DNA from: a virus
DNA: 55,716 bases
Strand: one strand, 5' to 3'
Virus genome (UHGV): UHGV-1361255
Shown here: positions 1-8,966 of the stretch, piece after piece
Layout of the letters: every line of letters begins with the position of its first letter
How positions within the stretch are numbered: position 1 is the first letter of the stretch
Translations under genes and position numbers: made by a program
The notes under the pieces: model-generated
What the model was told of the DNA's origin: nothing
Database searches by the model: none
The model's input: the letters and a program-made list of their open reading frames with translations, nothing else

Positions 1-31
1 CTTTTTTTTGGCTGTTTTGGGGTGCTTTTGA

Positions 32-466
32 ATGAGTACAGGGATGCGATCACCTGGTGGCGGACGCAAATCGAATAACACTGGAAATCAGGTTAGTTCT
101 TTAACCAGAGCGGTTTCTCCGCCGGATGAATTACTGGGCGATATGGCTATCGATGCCTGGAAACGGACGTGCAAAATTCTTATTAACCGTGGCACGTTCG
201 AAATGGAAGATTGTTATTTGCTGATGGAATACTGCAACACCGTGCAGCTGCTGTACGACGCCAACCAGGAAATTAAAAGCGATGGCCTTGGTGATGATAC
301 CGCTGCCGGCGGTCAGAAACTTGGTGCGGCAGTGAAGGCGCGTAGCCGTTATATCAGCGAATTAATTCGACTCTCCGTTGTGTTAAAGCTGGACCCCAAT
401 AGCCGCATCCTGAAGAAACAGCCCGGAGATAATGACAAATCCAGCGGTGAGTTCGACGAGTTTTAA
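32..466 (+). CDS. terminase small subunit (P27-family-like)
   Basis: 144-aa ORF directly upstream of the large terminase and downstream of an HNH endonuclease gene (classic HNH-TerS-TerL order of cos phages); acidic C-terminal tail. Confidence 0.6.
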   Translation: MSTGMRSPGGGRKSNNTGNQVSSLTRAVSPPDELLGDMAIDAWKRTCKILINRGTFEMEDCYLLMEYCNTVQLLYDANQEIKSDGLGDDTAAGGQKLGAAVKARSRYISELIRLSVVLKLDPNSRILKKQPGDNDKSSGEFDEF

Positions 467-500
467 TTTTGGTGCGGCCCTAATGACTTAAGGATGGATC

Positions 501-2210
501 ATGGCCGCATATCCAAACGTCAATGTGGCGAACAAATATGCGCGGGATATCATAGACGGGAAAATAGTCGCCTGCAGAGCTATTCGGCTGGCATGTCAGC
601 GCCATTTTGACGATTTAAAAAAATCACTCGATAACAATTACCCTTACCGGTTCGACAGAGATTTAGCTGAGCGGGCCTGCCGGTTTGTTCAGAAATTACC
701 GCACTCTAGTGGCGATTTGGCGGGGCAGAAATTAAAACTGGAACCTTGGCAAAGTTTTATTTTTTGTTCGATTTTTGGCTGGGTCACGAAAAAGGATAAA
801 AAACGCCGATTTCGCGAAGCGTATATCCGGGTAGCCAGGAAAAACGGGAAATCGTTTTTTGCTGCCGGGATTGGCACCTACATGTTTTGCGCTGATGGCG
901 AAAACAGCGCAGAAGTGTATTGCGGTGCGACAACTATGGCGCAGGCGAAAAAGGTCTTCACCCCAGCCAGGCAGATGGCCAGCCGCCTGCCGGCACTTCG
1001 CTCCAGATTTGATATTTCGGTATGGACCGACAGCCTGACACGCCCGGATGGTTCTGTTTTCGCACCTATGGCGGGGAAACCCGGCGATGGTGACAGCCCA
1101 CATTGCGCGATCATTGACGAGTATCACGAACACGATACGGATCATATGTACGAGGCCATGACAATGGGGATGGGCGCCCGTTCGCAGCCGTTAACGCTCA
1201 TTATCACGACAGCCGGCTCGTCACTGGAGTCCCCTTGCTATGACAAGGACAAGGAAGTCAAAGAGGTTATCGAAGGCATAACCCGTAATGATCGCCTGTT
1301 TGGCATGATTTACGAACTGGATGCTGGCGATGACTGGACCGACCCGAAAAACTTAATCAAAGCTAACCCAAATCTGGACGTTTCGGTTAAGTACAGCGAC
1401 CTGGTTGAGCTTCTGGAAGTAGCGAAACAGGTTCCTCGCAAGGTTAACGCCTTCAAAACCAAACGCCTCAATATTTGGGTATCCGGTAAATCCGCGTTCT
1501 ACAACATGGAGCAGTGGAAGGCTGCTGAAGACCCCGACCTTGAGCTGGCTGATTTTGCGAATGACAGCTGCAACATCGGTCTCGATCTCGCCAAAAAGCT
1601 GGATATGAACGCCGGGATACGACTATTTACGCGGGAAATTGAAGGTAAACGGCATTATTACTGCATCAAACCTAAATTTTGGGTCCCGGAAGACACTATC
1701 CATACAACCGATCCAAAACTGCTGAAAACTGCTGACAGGTATCAGAAGTTTTATGAAATGGGCGTGCTGGAAGCGACGGATGGCGCAGAGGCAGACTATC
1801 GCGAGATTCTGGCCAGTATTATCGATATGCAGGACGAAAACCGCATTGACGAGATTGATATCGACCCTGCAGGCGCAACAGCACTTCGCCACCAGTTGGA
1901 GGACAACGGATTTACCGTAGTCGATATCCGGCAGGATTACACCAATATGTCACCGGCGATGAAAGAGCTTGAAGCGGCTCTGGCCGGTGGTCGATTCCAC
2001 CATGATGGCAATCCCATTCTGACCTGGTGTATCAGCAACGTTATCGGGAAATTTATACCCGGTAGCGATGATCTCGTTCGCCCGACAAAGGGAGACAATC
2101 AAAGCAAAATCGATGGAGCTACAGCGTTATTTAACGCCATGACTCGCGCAATGCTGCACGAAAGCAGCGGCGGCACATCGGTATATGATGAGGAAGACAT
2201 AGCGTGTTAA
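501..2210 (+). CDS. terminase large subunit
   Basis: 569 aa; Walker-A-like ARKNGKS near the N-terminus, acidic nuclease-like C-terminal half; position between TerS and portal. Confidence 0.8.
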   Translation: MAAYPNVNVANKYARDIIDGKIVACRAIRLACQRHFDDLKKSLDNNYPYRFDRDLAERACRFVQKLPHSSGDLAGQKLKLEPWQSFIFCSIFGWVTKKDKKRRFREAYIRVARKNGKSFFAAGIGTYMFCADGENSAEVYCGATTMAQAKKVFTPARQMASRLPALRSRFDISVWTDSLTRPDGSVFAPMAGKPGDGDSPHCAIIDEYHEHDTDHMYEAMTMGMGARSQPLTLIITTAGSSLESPCYDKDKEVKEVIEGITRNDRLFGMIYELDAGDDWTDPKNLIKANPNLDVSVKYSDLVELLEVAKQVPRKVNAFKTKRLNIWVSGKSAFYNMEQWKAAEDPDLELADFANDSCNIGLDLAKKLDMNAGIRLFTREIEGKRHYYCIKPKFWVPEDTIHTTDPKLLKTADRYQKFYEMGVLEATDGAEADYREILASIIDMQDENRIDEIDIDPAGATALRHQLEDNGFTVVDIRQDYTNMSPAMKELEAALAGGRFHHDGNPILTWCISNVIGKFIPGSDDLVRPTKGDNQSKIDGATALFNAMTRAMLHESSGGTSVYDEEDIAC

Positions 2211-2382
2211 TCACAATTCTGAGTTTCATTATTGGCCTGGCCGGGGCTGTACTCATATCCGCCGGAGCCTGGTTGATTTTGCCTGCTGCCGGTCTTATTA
2301 CGGGCGGGTCAATATGTCTTATCTGGTCATATCTGACTGCGCGGGCGGTTTCAGCCGGTGCCAAATTTAACGGGGGTGAATA

Positions 2383-3642
2383 ATGTTTATCCCCCAAATG
2401 TTCAGAGGGCGCCAGCAATCGGGGAATGGCTTCTGGGAAGCCATGCTGGGCGGGGTTCGTTCAAGCCAGAGCAAAACTGGCATCATAATCACGCCGGAAA
2501 CCGCTCTGGGACTTTCAGCGGTCCGGGCCTGTGTCACCCTCCTGGCGGAGTCCGTCGCGCAACTGCCGTGCGAACTTTACCGGCGGGATAAAAATGGCGG
2601 GCGACAGCGTGCGACGGACCACCCGGTTTATGACCTGATTCACTCCCAGCCCAACAGGAAAGACACCTCATTCGAGTATTTCGAGCAGCAGCAGGGGTTG
2701 CTGGGGCTGGAGGGAAATTGCTACTCGATCATCGAACGGGACGGAAAAGGCTACCCGAAAGAGCTGATCCCCATTAACCCGAAAAAGGTCATTGTGCTGA
2801 AAGGGCCGGACGGTATGCCGTATTACCAACTCCCGGAAGTCGGCGAAATTCTGCCGATGCGCATGATGCACCATGTGAAGGTTTTTTCTCTGGATGGCTA
2901 TATCGGCAGTTCCCCCATTCAGACGAACGCCGATGTTCTTGGACTGAATTTGGCCGTTGAGGAGCATGCGGCCGCGACATTCCGGCGCGGGACAACGATG
3001 AGCGGGGTGATAGAGCGTCCGAAAGAGGCCGCGACCATTAAAAGCCAGGATGCTATTGATCGCCTGCTGGCGAAATGGACCGAGCGCCATTCCGGTATTC
3101 ACAATATGTTCTCTGTGGCATTGCTGCAGGAGGGCATGAGCTACAAACAACTGTCGCAGGATAACGAAAAGGCGCAGCTGCTACAGTCGCGGCAGTGGGG
3201 CGTGGAAGAGGTCTGCCGGCTCTATAAAATCCCGCCACATATGGTGCAGATGCTGGCGAAAGCGACCAACAACAACATTGAACACCAGGGCCTGCAGTTC
3301 GTGATGTACACGCTGCTGGCATGGCTGAAACGCCATGAGGGTGCGTTGCAGCGCGATCTGCTCCTGCCCAGCGAACGCCGCGATTTGTACATCGAGTTCA
3401 ACGTTTCCGGGCTGTTGCGAGGCGACCAGAAGTCACGCTATGAATCGTATGCGCTGGGCCGCCAGTGGGGATGGCTATCCACTAACGATATCCGGCGTAT
3501 GGAGAATTTGCCGCCAATTGCTGGCGGGGACAAATACCTGACGCCGCTCAATATGGTCGACAGCGCGCAGATCCTTCCTGGCGATAAGTCGCCGACAGCA
3601 AAACAGCTGGCCGAAATCGAAACCCTTCTGGCCAGAGCCTGA
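2383..3642 (+). CDS. portal protein (HK97-like)
   Basis: 419 aa, position after TerL, typical size and composition of an HK97-family portal. Confidence 0.7.
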   Translation: MFIPQMFRGRQQSGNGFWEAMLGGVRSSQSKTGIIITPETALGLSAVRACVTLLAESVAQLPCELYRRDKNGGRQRATDHPVYDLIHSQPNRKDTSFEYFEQQQGLLGLEGNCYSIIERDGKGYPKELIPINPKKVIVLKGPDGMPYYQLPEVGEILPMRMMHHVKVFSLDGYIGSSPIQTNADVLGLNLAVEEHAAATFRRGTTMSGVIERPKEAATIKSQDAIDRLLAKWTERHSGIHNMFSVALLQEGMSYKQLSQDNEKAQLLQSRQWGVEEVCRLYKIPPHMVQMLAKATNNNIEHQGLQFVMYTLLAWLKRHEGALQRDLLLPSERRDLYIEFNVSGLLRGDQKSRYESYALGRQWGWLSTNDIRRMENLPPIAGGDKYLTPLNMVDSAQILPGDKSPTAKQLAEIETLLARA

Positions 3643-3678
3643 TTATTTCCCGCCGCGCGGGATGACCTGGAAGACAAC

Positions 3679-4599
3679 ATGACAACGAAATTAATTAACC
3701 TGCCGCACCTGGCAGATATGGTCTTTGGTGTGCCGCATTACGTGACGCGGCAAACAATGGACTCCGTGAAAGCGGTGCTCATCCCCCGTATTCAGGGGAT
3801 CACCGAAGATGCCGTCATTCAGATGGCGCTGAATCCGGGTAAATCACCTGCTGCTGAGCAGGTCCAGCCCACCGGCGGGGTGGCGGTGATCCCCGTTCAC
3901 GGCATTCTTGTTCCACGCCGGGGGCAGATTACGGCGATGTGCTCCGAGCTGACCAGCTACGAGCGGATCCGCGGGCAGTTGCAGGCGGCGTTAAACGACC
4001 CCTCAATCAGCGAAATCGTTCTGGATATTAACTCCGGCGGCGGCGCAGCGGTGGGGTGCAAGGAGCTGGCCGATTACATTTATCAGTCTCGCGACACGAA
4101 ACCCATCACGGCGATTGTGAACTACAGCGCGTATTCCGCCGCGTATTTCATCGCATCGGCCTGCAGCAAAATCATCGTCAGCCAGACCAGTGGCGTGGGG
4201 TCGATTGGTGTGATCATGGAGCACCTCGATACGTCGAAGATGGAAGAAAAAATGGGGCTGACGTTCACCACCATTTACCGGGGAGATAACAAAAATAACG
4301 GCACCCAACATGAACCACTGAGTGAAGAGTCGCTGGGTATGTTCCAGGGCATGATCGACGAAATGTACGAGACGTTTACGGGGTCGGTGGCCGAATATCG
4401 CGGCCTGAATCAGCAGGCCGTCATTGATACGCAGGCGGGGCTGTATTTTGGCCCTGGCGCGGTGTCTGCCGGCCTGGCGGATGAAGTCTCTGACCCCCAG
4501 GCGGCGATCAATGCTATCGCGGCAAAGTATCAGCAACCCCGTCAAAAAACCTCCATTCAGATGCAGGCAGCCGCGATGGACCTGCAAACCAAAATGTAA
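3679..4599 (+). CDS. prohead protease (ClpP/S49-like head maturation protease)
   Basis: 306 aa between portal and capsid; ClpP/SppA-like core (GGGAAVG...SAAYFIASA...SIGV). Confidence 0.65.
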   Translation: MTTKLINLPHLADMVFGVPHYVTRQTMDSVKAVLIPRIQGITEDAVIQMALNPGKSPAAEQVQPTGGVAVIPVHGILVPRRGQITAMCSELTSYERIRGQLQAALNDPSISEIVLDINSGGGAAVGCKELADYIYQSRDTKPITAIVNYSAYSAAYFIASACSKIIVSQTSGVGSIGVIMEHLDTSKMEEKMGLTFTTIYRGDNKNNGTQHEPLSEESLGMFQGMIDEMYETFTGSVAEYRGLNQQAVIDTQAGLYFGPGAVSAGLADEVSDPQAAINAIAAKYQQPRQKTSIQMQAAAMDLQTKM

Positions 4600-4629
4600 C
4601 CCGGCGCAAACACAAACCGCGTCACCTTA

Positions 4630-4653
4630 AGCAGCCAGCAGGCTGCTTTTTTT
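4630..4653 (+). terminator. intrinsic terminator after protease gene
   Basis: GC stem gcagcc/ggctgc followed by a T7 run. Confidence 0.5.
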
Positions 4654-4676
4654 ATGTCTAAAAAGAGAGAAATCAA

Positions 4677-5963
4677 ATGCCACAGATTGAAGAATTGCGT
4701 CGTCAGCGTGCGGGTATCAACGAACAGGTTCAGGCCCTGGCAACCATTGAAGCCGGCGGCGGCACGCTGACTGCGGAGCAGCTGACGGAGTTTGCGAACC
4801 TGCAGCAGCAGTTCACTGATATCAGCGCCAAAATGGAACGCCTGGAAGCCGCCGAACGTGCTGCGGCGCTGGTCGCAAAGCCCGTGAAAGCGACTCAGCA
4901 GGCCCCCGGCATTATTATTAAGCAGGAGCCGAAACAGTACACCGGTGCTGGCATGACCCGACTGGTGATGTCTGTCGCCGCAGGCGCAGGTAATCTGCAG
5001 GACGCGGCAAAATTCGCTTCAGAAGAGCTGAATGACCAGTCCGTATCGATGGCCATTTCCACCGCTGCGGGTTCCGGTGGGGCGCTCATCCCGGAGAACA
5101 TGCAAAACGAAGTCATCGAGCTGCTGAGCGACCGTACCATTGTCCGTAAGCTGGGTGCCCGCTCCGTTCCGCTGCCTAACGGCAATCTGACGTTACCGCG
5201 CTCGGCTGGCGGTGCAACGGCCAGCTACACCGGCGAAGGAAAGGATGCCAAGACGTCTGAATCAAAATTCGACGACGTAAAACTGAGTGCCAAAACCATG
5301 ATCGCCCTGGTCCCGATGTCGAACCAGCTGATTGGTCGCGCCGGTTTTAACGTTGAGCAGCTGGTCCTGCAGGATATTCTGACCGCCATCGCTGTTCGTG
5401 AGGATAAAGCGTTTATGCGCGATGACGGTACCGGCGATACACCGATTGGTATGAAGTCGCGTGCGACGCAGTGGAACCGCCTGCTGCCGTGGGAAGCGGG
5501 TTCCGCGATCAACCTGAACACGGTTGATGAGTACCTGGACAAGATTATTCTGATGGCGATGGATGGCAACAGCCTGATGATCCGTTGCGGCTGGGGTATG
5601 TCGAACCGTACCTATATGAAGCTGTTTGGCCTGCGTGACGGCAACGGCAACAAAGTCTACCCGGAAATGGCGCAGGGGATGCTCAAGGGCTATCCGATTC
5701 AGTATACCAGCGCGATCCCGGTTAACCTGGGCGAAAGTGGTAAGGAAACGGAAATTTATTTCGCCGACTTCAATGATGTTGTCATCGGTGAAGATGGTTC
5801 CATGAAGGTCGATTTCTCCAGAGAAGCCACCTATCTCGATGCAGAAGGTAACCCAGTTTCCGCGTTCTCGCGTAACCAGTCGCTGATCCGCGTTGTCCTC
5901 GAACACGATATCGGCTTCCGTCATCCGGAAGGCCTGGTGCTGGGTACCGGCGTCCTGTTCTAA
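4677..5963 (+). CDS. major capsid protein (HK97 fold, with N-terminal delta/scaffold domain)
   Basis: 428 aa after the protease; coiled-coil N-terminal ~100 aa then capsid-like domain; strong RBS. Confidence 0.8.
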   Translation: MPQIEELRRQRAGINEQVQALATIEAGGGTLTAEQLTEFANLQQQFTDISAKMERLEAAERAAALVAKPVKATQQAPGIIIKQEPKQYTGAGMTRLVMSVAAGAGNLQDAAKFASEELNDQSVSMAISTAAGSGGALIPENMQNEVIELLSDRTIVRKLGARSVPLPNGNLTLPRSAGGATASYTGEGKDAKTSESKFDDVKLSAKTMIALVPMSNQLIGRAGFNVEQLVLQDILTAIAVREDKAFMRDDGTGDTPIGMKSRATQWNRLLPWEAGSAINLNTVDEYLDKIILMAMDGNSLMIRCGWGMSNRTYMKLFGLRDGNGNKVYPEMAQGMLKGYPIQYTSAIPVNLGESGKETEIYFADFNDVVIGEDGSMKVDFSREATYLDAEGNPVSAFSRNQSLIRVVLEHDIGFRHPEGLVLGTGVLF

Positions 5964-5982
5964 CCCACCCCTCTGTTAATAA

Positions 5983-6004
5983 AGCCCGCATATGCGGGCT
6001 TTTC
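5983..6004 (+). terminator. intrinsic terminator after capsid gene
   Basis: palindrome agcccgcata/tatgcgggct followed by a T run. Confidence 0.6.
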
Positions 6005-6021
6005 CCTTTAAGGAGAATGTT

Positions 6022-6417
6022 ATGGCTGCGAAAAATAAAGCAGTGGAGCCGGAAGAAACGGTCGTACAGGACAACCATGCGACCGAGACCGCACAGGACA
6101 ACCATGCGACTGAGACCGCACAGGACAACCATGCGACTGAGACCGCACAGGATAACCATGCGACTGAGACCGCACAGGATAACCGTGCGACTGAGACTGC
6201 ACAGGATAACCGTGCGACCGTGGTCGCACAGGCAGAACGCAAATCCGTTGTGTTCCTCGGTCCGCATAGCCGTTATTCCCGTGGAGATATCGCGTGGTTT
6301 GAAGGATCGCACGCCGAAGAGCTGGTTAAGCGCCGTATCGCGGTATGGCCGAAGGATGCCGAACGCGCGCTGAAACCGAAGCCGGGAGACAGCGATTTTG
6401 ATACTGACATTGGATGA
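6022..6417 (+). CDS. hypothetical head-region protein containing 6 tandem DNHATETAQ nonapeptide repeats
   Basis: ATG at 6022 with AGGAG RBS at 6011; the repeats are open in several frames, so coding status is uncertain; the C-terminal 60 aa are non-repetitive. Confidence 0.4.
   Translation: MAAKNKAVEPEETVVQDNHATETAQDNHATETAQDNHATETAQDNHATETAQDNRATETAQDNRATVVAQAERKSVVFLGPHSRYSRGDIAWFEGSHAEELVKRRIAVWPKDAERALKPKPGDSDFDTDIG
6067..6228. repeat. tandem repeat, 6 x 27 bp (caggacaaccatgcgactgagaccgca consensus)
   Basis: six contiguous units at 6067, 6094, 6121, 6148, 6175 and 6202; units 1-4 are near-perfect, units 5-6 diverge; the last unit ends in a perfect sopC-like palindrome. Confidence 0.9.
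6213..6228. promoter_or_regulatory. F-sopC-like 16-bp inverted repeat tgcgaccgtggtcgca (centromere-like SopB site candidate)
   Basis: same arms as the five other copies; the central GT is AC when read on the other strand. Confidence 0.5.
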
Positions 6418-6715
6418 TGTGAAAACCCAGCTACGCCTGGAACTGGATTTCACGGAGCATGACGCCATGCTCACGCAAATGGTGAACGCCGCGCAGCGGA
6501 GCATCGAGCGTGATTACTACTGCAAGCTGGTCACCAGTGATGAAGAGCTGCAGGCGCTCCCGGAGACCGTCCGCGGATTTATCGCGGATGAAGATATCCG
6601 GCTGGCTATTCAGTTTCTGGTCAGCGATGCGTATCTGAATGGCCATACCGGACAGTGGCTGGAAACCGCTGCGGTGAGGCATCTTCTTTTCCCCCTGCAG
6701 GAGCATACGCTATGA
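6398..6715 (+). CDS. head-tail connector protein (gp6-like)
   Basis: 105 aa with gp6-type features (LTLDDVKTQLRL...); overlaps neighbouring genes at start and stop. Confidence 0.65.
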   Translation: MILTLDDVKTQLRLELDFTEHDAMLTQMVNAAQRSIERDYYCKLVTSDEELQALPETVRGFIADEDIRLAIQFLVSDAYLNGHTGQWLETAAVRHLLFPLQEHTL

Positions 6716-7050
6716 GCCTGAAACCGGGTGATATGAACTGTCGCATTGCAATTAGCTACGTTCAGTCCGGTCGTGGGCCGCTGGGCGAACCGCTACCGGA
6801 AAAGCAGGTTGAATCGGGAAAAGCGTGGGCAAAACGGGAGCTGGTATCGGGGCGAAAAGTCCGCACGCTGGATCAGCAGCAGGTGGTGGAAACCTGCCTG
6901 TTCACGGTCTATCCGGGCGTGCTGGTTGATATTGACTGGAAAATCACGACGAAAAATCTGGTTTATACCGTCCGGAATATCGACCGCAAAACAGACCGGA
7001 TCATTATCACGGGGGAGGCTGACGGGCGGCATGATAGAGCTGGCGATTAA
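6712..7050 (+). CDS. head-tail joining/adaptor protein
   Basis: 112 aa with an ATGA overlap to the upstream stop; size and position typical of a head-tail adaptor. Confidence 0.5.
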   Translation: MSLKPGDMNCRIAISYVQSGRGPLGEPLPEKQVESGKAWAKRELVSGRKVRTLDQQQVVETCLFTVYPGVLVDIDWKITTKNLVYTVRNIDRKTDRIIITGEADGRHDRAGD

Positions 7051-7420
7051 GGGTGCGCTGGAGCGCATCACCGGCATGAATGCGTATCCGCTTTTACTGC
7101 CGGACACGGTCCAGGAAGGTGCGACCTTTCAGCGTATCTCTGACCCGGAAATGGTCTCGGGAATGTTGCGAACGGGGATCGTCTCTGCCCGTATCCAGGT
7201 GAATCTGTACCGTCTCGATGATTACACCTCACTGCTGCAGCTGGATAAAAAAATCTGGACGGAACTGAAGTCCGTCGTTCATGGCCAGCTGGAGGGTATC
7301 CCGGTTCAGTATGTGGAGCGAGGCGGTATCCATCAGGATAAAAACCAGCTGACGAATCGTCGCATTCAGTATCGCCTGACCCGTGATTTCATCATTCACT
7401 ACGTGGAGGACTCCTCGTGA
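7031..7420 (+). CDS. head closure / tail completion protein
   Basis: 129 aa starting at the ATG at 7031; the ORF-track extension back to 6746 is rejected. Confidence 0.4.
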   Translation: MIELAIKGALERITGMNAYPLLLPDTVQEGATFQRISDPEMVSGMLRTGIVSARIQVNLYRLDDYTSLLQLDKKIWTELKSVVHGQLEGIPVQYVERGGIHQDKNQLTNRRIQYRLTRDFIIHYVEDSS

Positions 7421-7818
7421 TCCGAATGGAAATTAAAGGGCTGGATGAGCTGGAGCGGCAGTTAACGGCCCTGGGCGAAAAAGTGGCGACAAAGGTATTG
7501 CGGGATGCCGGGCGCGAAGCGCTAAAGGTCGTCGAGGAAGATATGAAGCAGCATGCCGGCTTTGACGAAACGTCTGCCGGACCGCACATGCGGGACTCAA
7601 TCAAAATCCGCTCTTCCACTCGCAAGGGTAAAGGGAACGCGGTTGTAACGCTCCGTGTTGGCCCCAGCAAGCAGCACCATATGAAGGCGCTGGCGCAGGA
7701 GTTTGGCACGGTTAAACAGGTTGCAGACCCCTTTATCCGACCCGCCCTGGATTACAACCTCCAGACCGTTTTGCGCGTGTTAACCGTGGAAATCCGAAAC
7801 GGCATTGAAAACAGGTAG
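7417..7818 (+). CDS. HK97 gp10-family tail component
   Basis: 133 aa; N-terminus MIRMEIKGLDELERQL...ALKVVEEDMKQHA resembles the HK97 gp10 family. Confidence 0.55.
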   Translation: MIRMEIKGLDELERQLTALGEKVATKVLRDAGREALKVVEEDMKQHAGFDETSAGPHMRDSIKIRSSTRKGKGNAVVTLRVGPSKQHHMKALAQEFGTVKQVADPFIRPALDYNLQTVLRVLTVEIRNGIENR

Positions 7819-7849
7819 CATCCGCTGCCGTATAAAAAGAGAGAGAAAC

Positions 7850-8311
7850 ATGGCTGATAAAACTTCGCCTGAATATGCGATGTTGCCGGCGGGCACCATT
7901 GTGAAATACGGGGAGCCTGGCGCTGCCACGTCAGCGCTGAAACCGCTGATTAACTGTAAAGCGCTGGGTGCAATGGGGCAGACGGGGGGCTTTGTCGACT
8001 GCACCACGTTACTGGATAAGCAGAAACAGTCCATCAGTGATCTGCCTGATGGGCCTGAAAAGTCGCTGGGCTTCATTGATGATCCGGGCAATACCGATTT
8101 TGCCGCGCTGCTGAACGCAGCAGAGGCCCGCAAGACCATCCAGTTATACGTCGAATTACCCAACAAGCGAACAGCGACGATGCTCCTGGCGCTGTCCGGG
8201 TGGCAGATGAATGAAATCGCCGCTCCGGCGAATGAGGTCATCCAGATCACTGTTCAGGGTAAGCAGAACAAGATCACCTGGGGAACCGTCGCTGTCTCTG
8301 GCGGCGCCTGA
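7850..8311 (+). CDS. major tail protein
   Basis: 153 aa directly upstream of the G/GT chaperone genes; start MADKTSP with a good RBS. Confidence 0.6.
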   Translation: MADKTSPEYAMLPAGTIVKYGEPGAATSALKPLINCKALGAMGQTGGFVDCTTLLDKQKQSISDLPDGPEKSLGFIDDPGNTDFAALLNAAEARKTIQLYVELPNKRTATMLLALSGWQMNEIAAPANEVIQITVQGKQNKITWGTVAVSGGA

Positions 8312-8329
8312 TTAACTTAACCTTTAAAC

Positions 8330-8356
8330 AGCCACCTTCGGGTGGCTTTTATTTTT
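8330..8356 (+). terminator. intrinsic terminator after major tail gene
   Basis: agccacc-ttcg-ggtggct stem followed by a T run. Confidence 0.6.
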
Positions 8357-8367
8357 AAGGACTACCT

Positions 8368-8733
8368 GTGAAAGATAAAGATTACCTGTCCACGCTGAAA
8401 TCCGCGTTGCTTAAATCGGAGCCAACCGTCATTAAAACCGAGTTATTTGGCGCCACCGTATTCATCCGCCGCCTGACCGGGGATTACCTCATCAGTTACG
8501 AAGAGAAAATGGCTGAAACCGCAAAAGCTGGCGCAGCGCGCGAGGCATCGGAGCAAGCCATCCAGCTCGTCATCGATGCACTGGTTCAGCCGGATGGAAC
8601 GGCCATTCCGGATGAGTTTAAACCCACGGCAGCCGAACTGCTGAAGGCCCATGAAAACCCCGAACTGCTGGCCGCAGTGGAAAAAGTGAAGCAACACGCA
8701 ATCGGCAAGCTGGAGGAAGCGGAAAAAAACTGA
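8368..8733 (+). CDS. tail assembly chaperone G-like
   Basis: 121 aa acidic protein upstream of the tape measure; ends ...LEEAEKN at a slippery site. Confidence 0.7.
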   Translation: MKDKDYLSTLKSALLKSEPTVIKTELFGATVFIRRLTGDYLISYEEKMAETAKAGAAREASEQAIQLVIDALVQPDGTAIPDEFKPTAAELLKAHENPELLAAVEKVKQHAIGKLEEAEKN

Positions 8734-8966
8734 GTGACTCGCCCTGGCTGGAGCTGATCTTCTGGCTGGCCGACCGCTGGGGCGAGCCTGACCCATCCAA
8801 AATTGCCGCATTGCCGGCAAACACGCTGTACCACTGGCGAGCCTACTTCCTGAAACAGGGCATTTTCCGCCGTCCTGGCGATGAAAACGCGCCACCTACC
8901 GAAACCACACCTGCGCCATCCCGGGTCGATGATGAATGCGCGGCAGTCATGAGGGCATTAATGTAA
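8368..8966 (+). CDS. tail assembly chaperone G-T fusion (programmed -1 frameshift)
   Basis: canonical slippery heptamer A_AAA_AAC at 8724-8730, 1 bp before the G stop; the -1 frame stays open for 78 codons (LSDSPWLELIFWLADRWGEP...) and stops at 8964-8966, overlapping the tape-measure ATG (TAATG). Confidence 0.6.

Noticed and set aside
6067-6228. Possible CRISPR array (regular 27-bp repeats)
   Set aside because: The units are contiguous with no spacers, and unit sequence degenerates gradually. They lie in frame within an ORF. No cas genes are present.
6746-7420. Long 224-aa version of the head-closure gene
   Set aside because: The upstream 95 codons overlap the adaptor gene in another frame and have no start context. 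The ATG at 7031 gives a protein of typical size.
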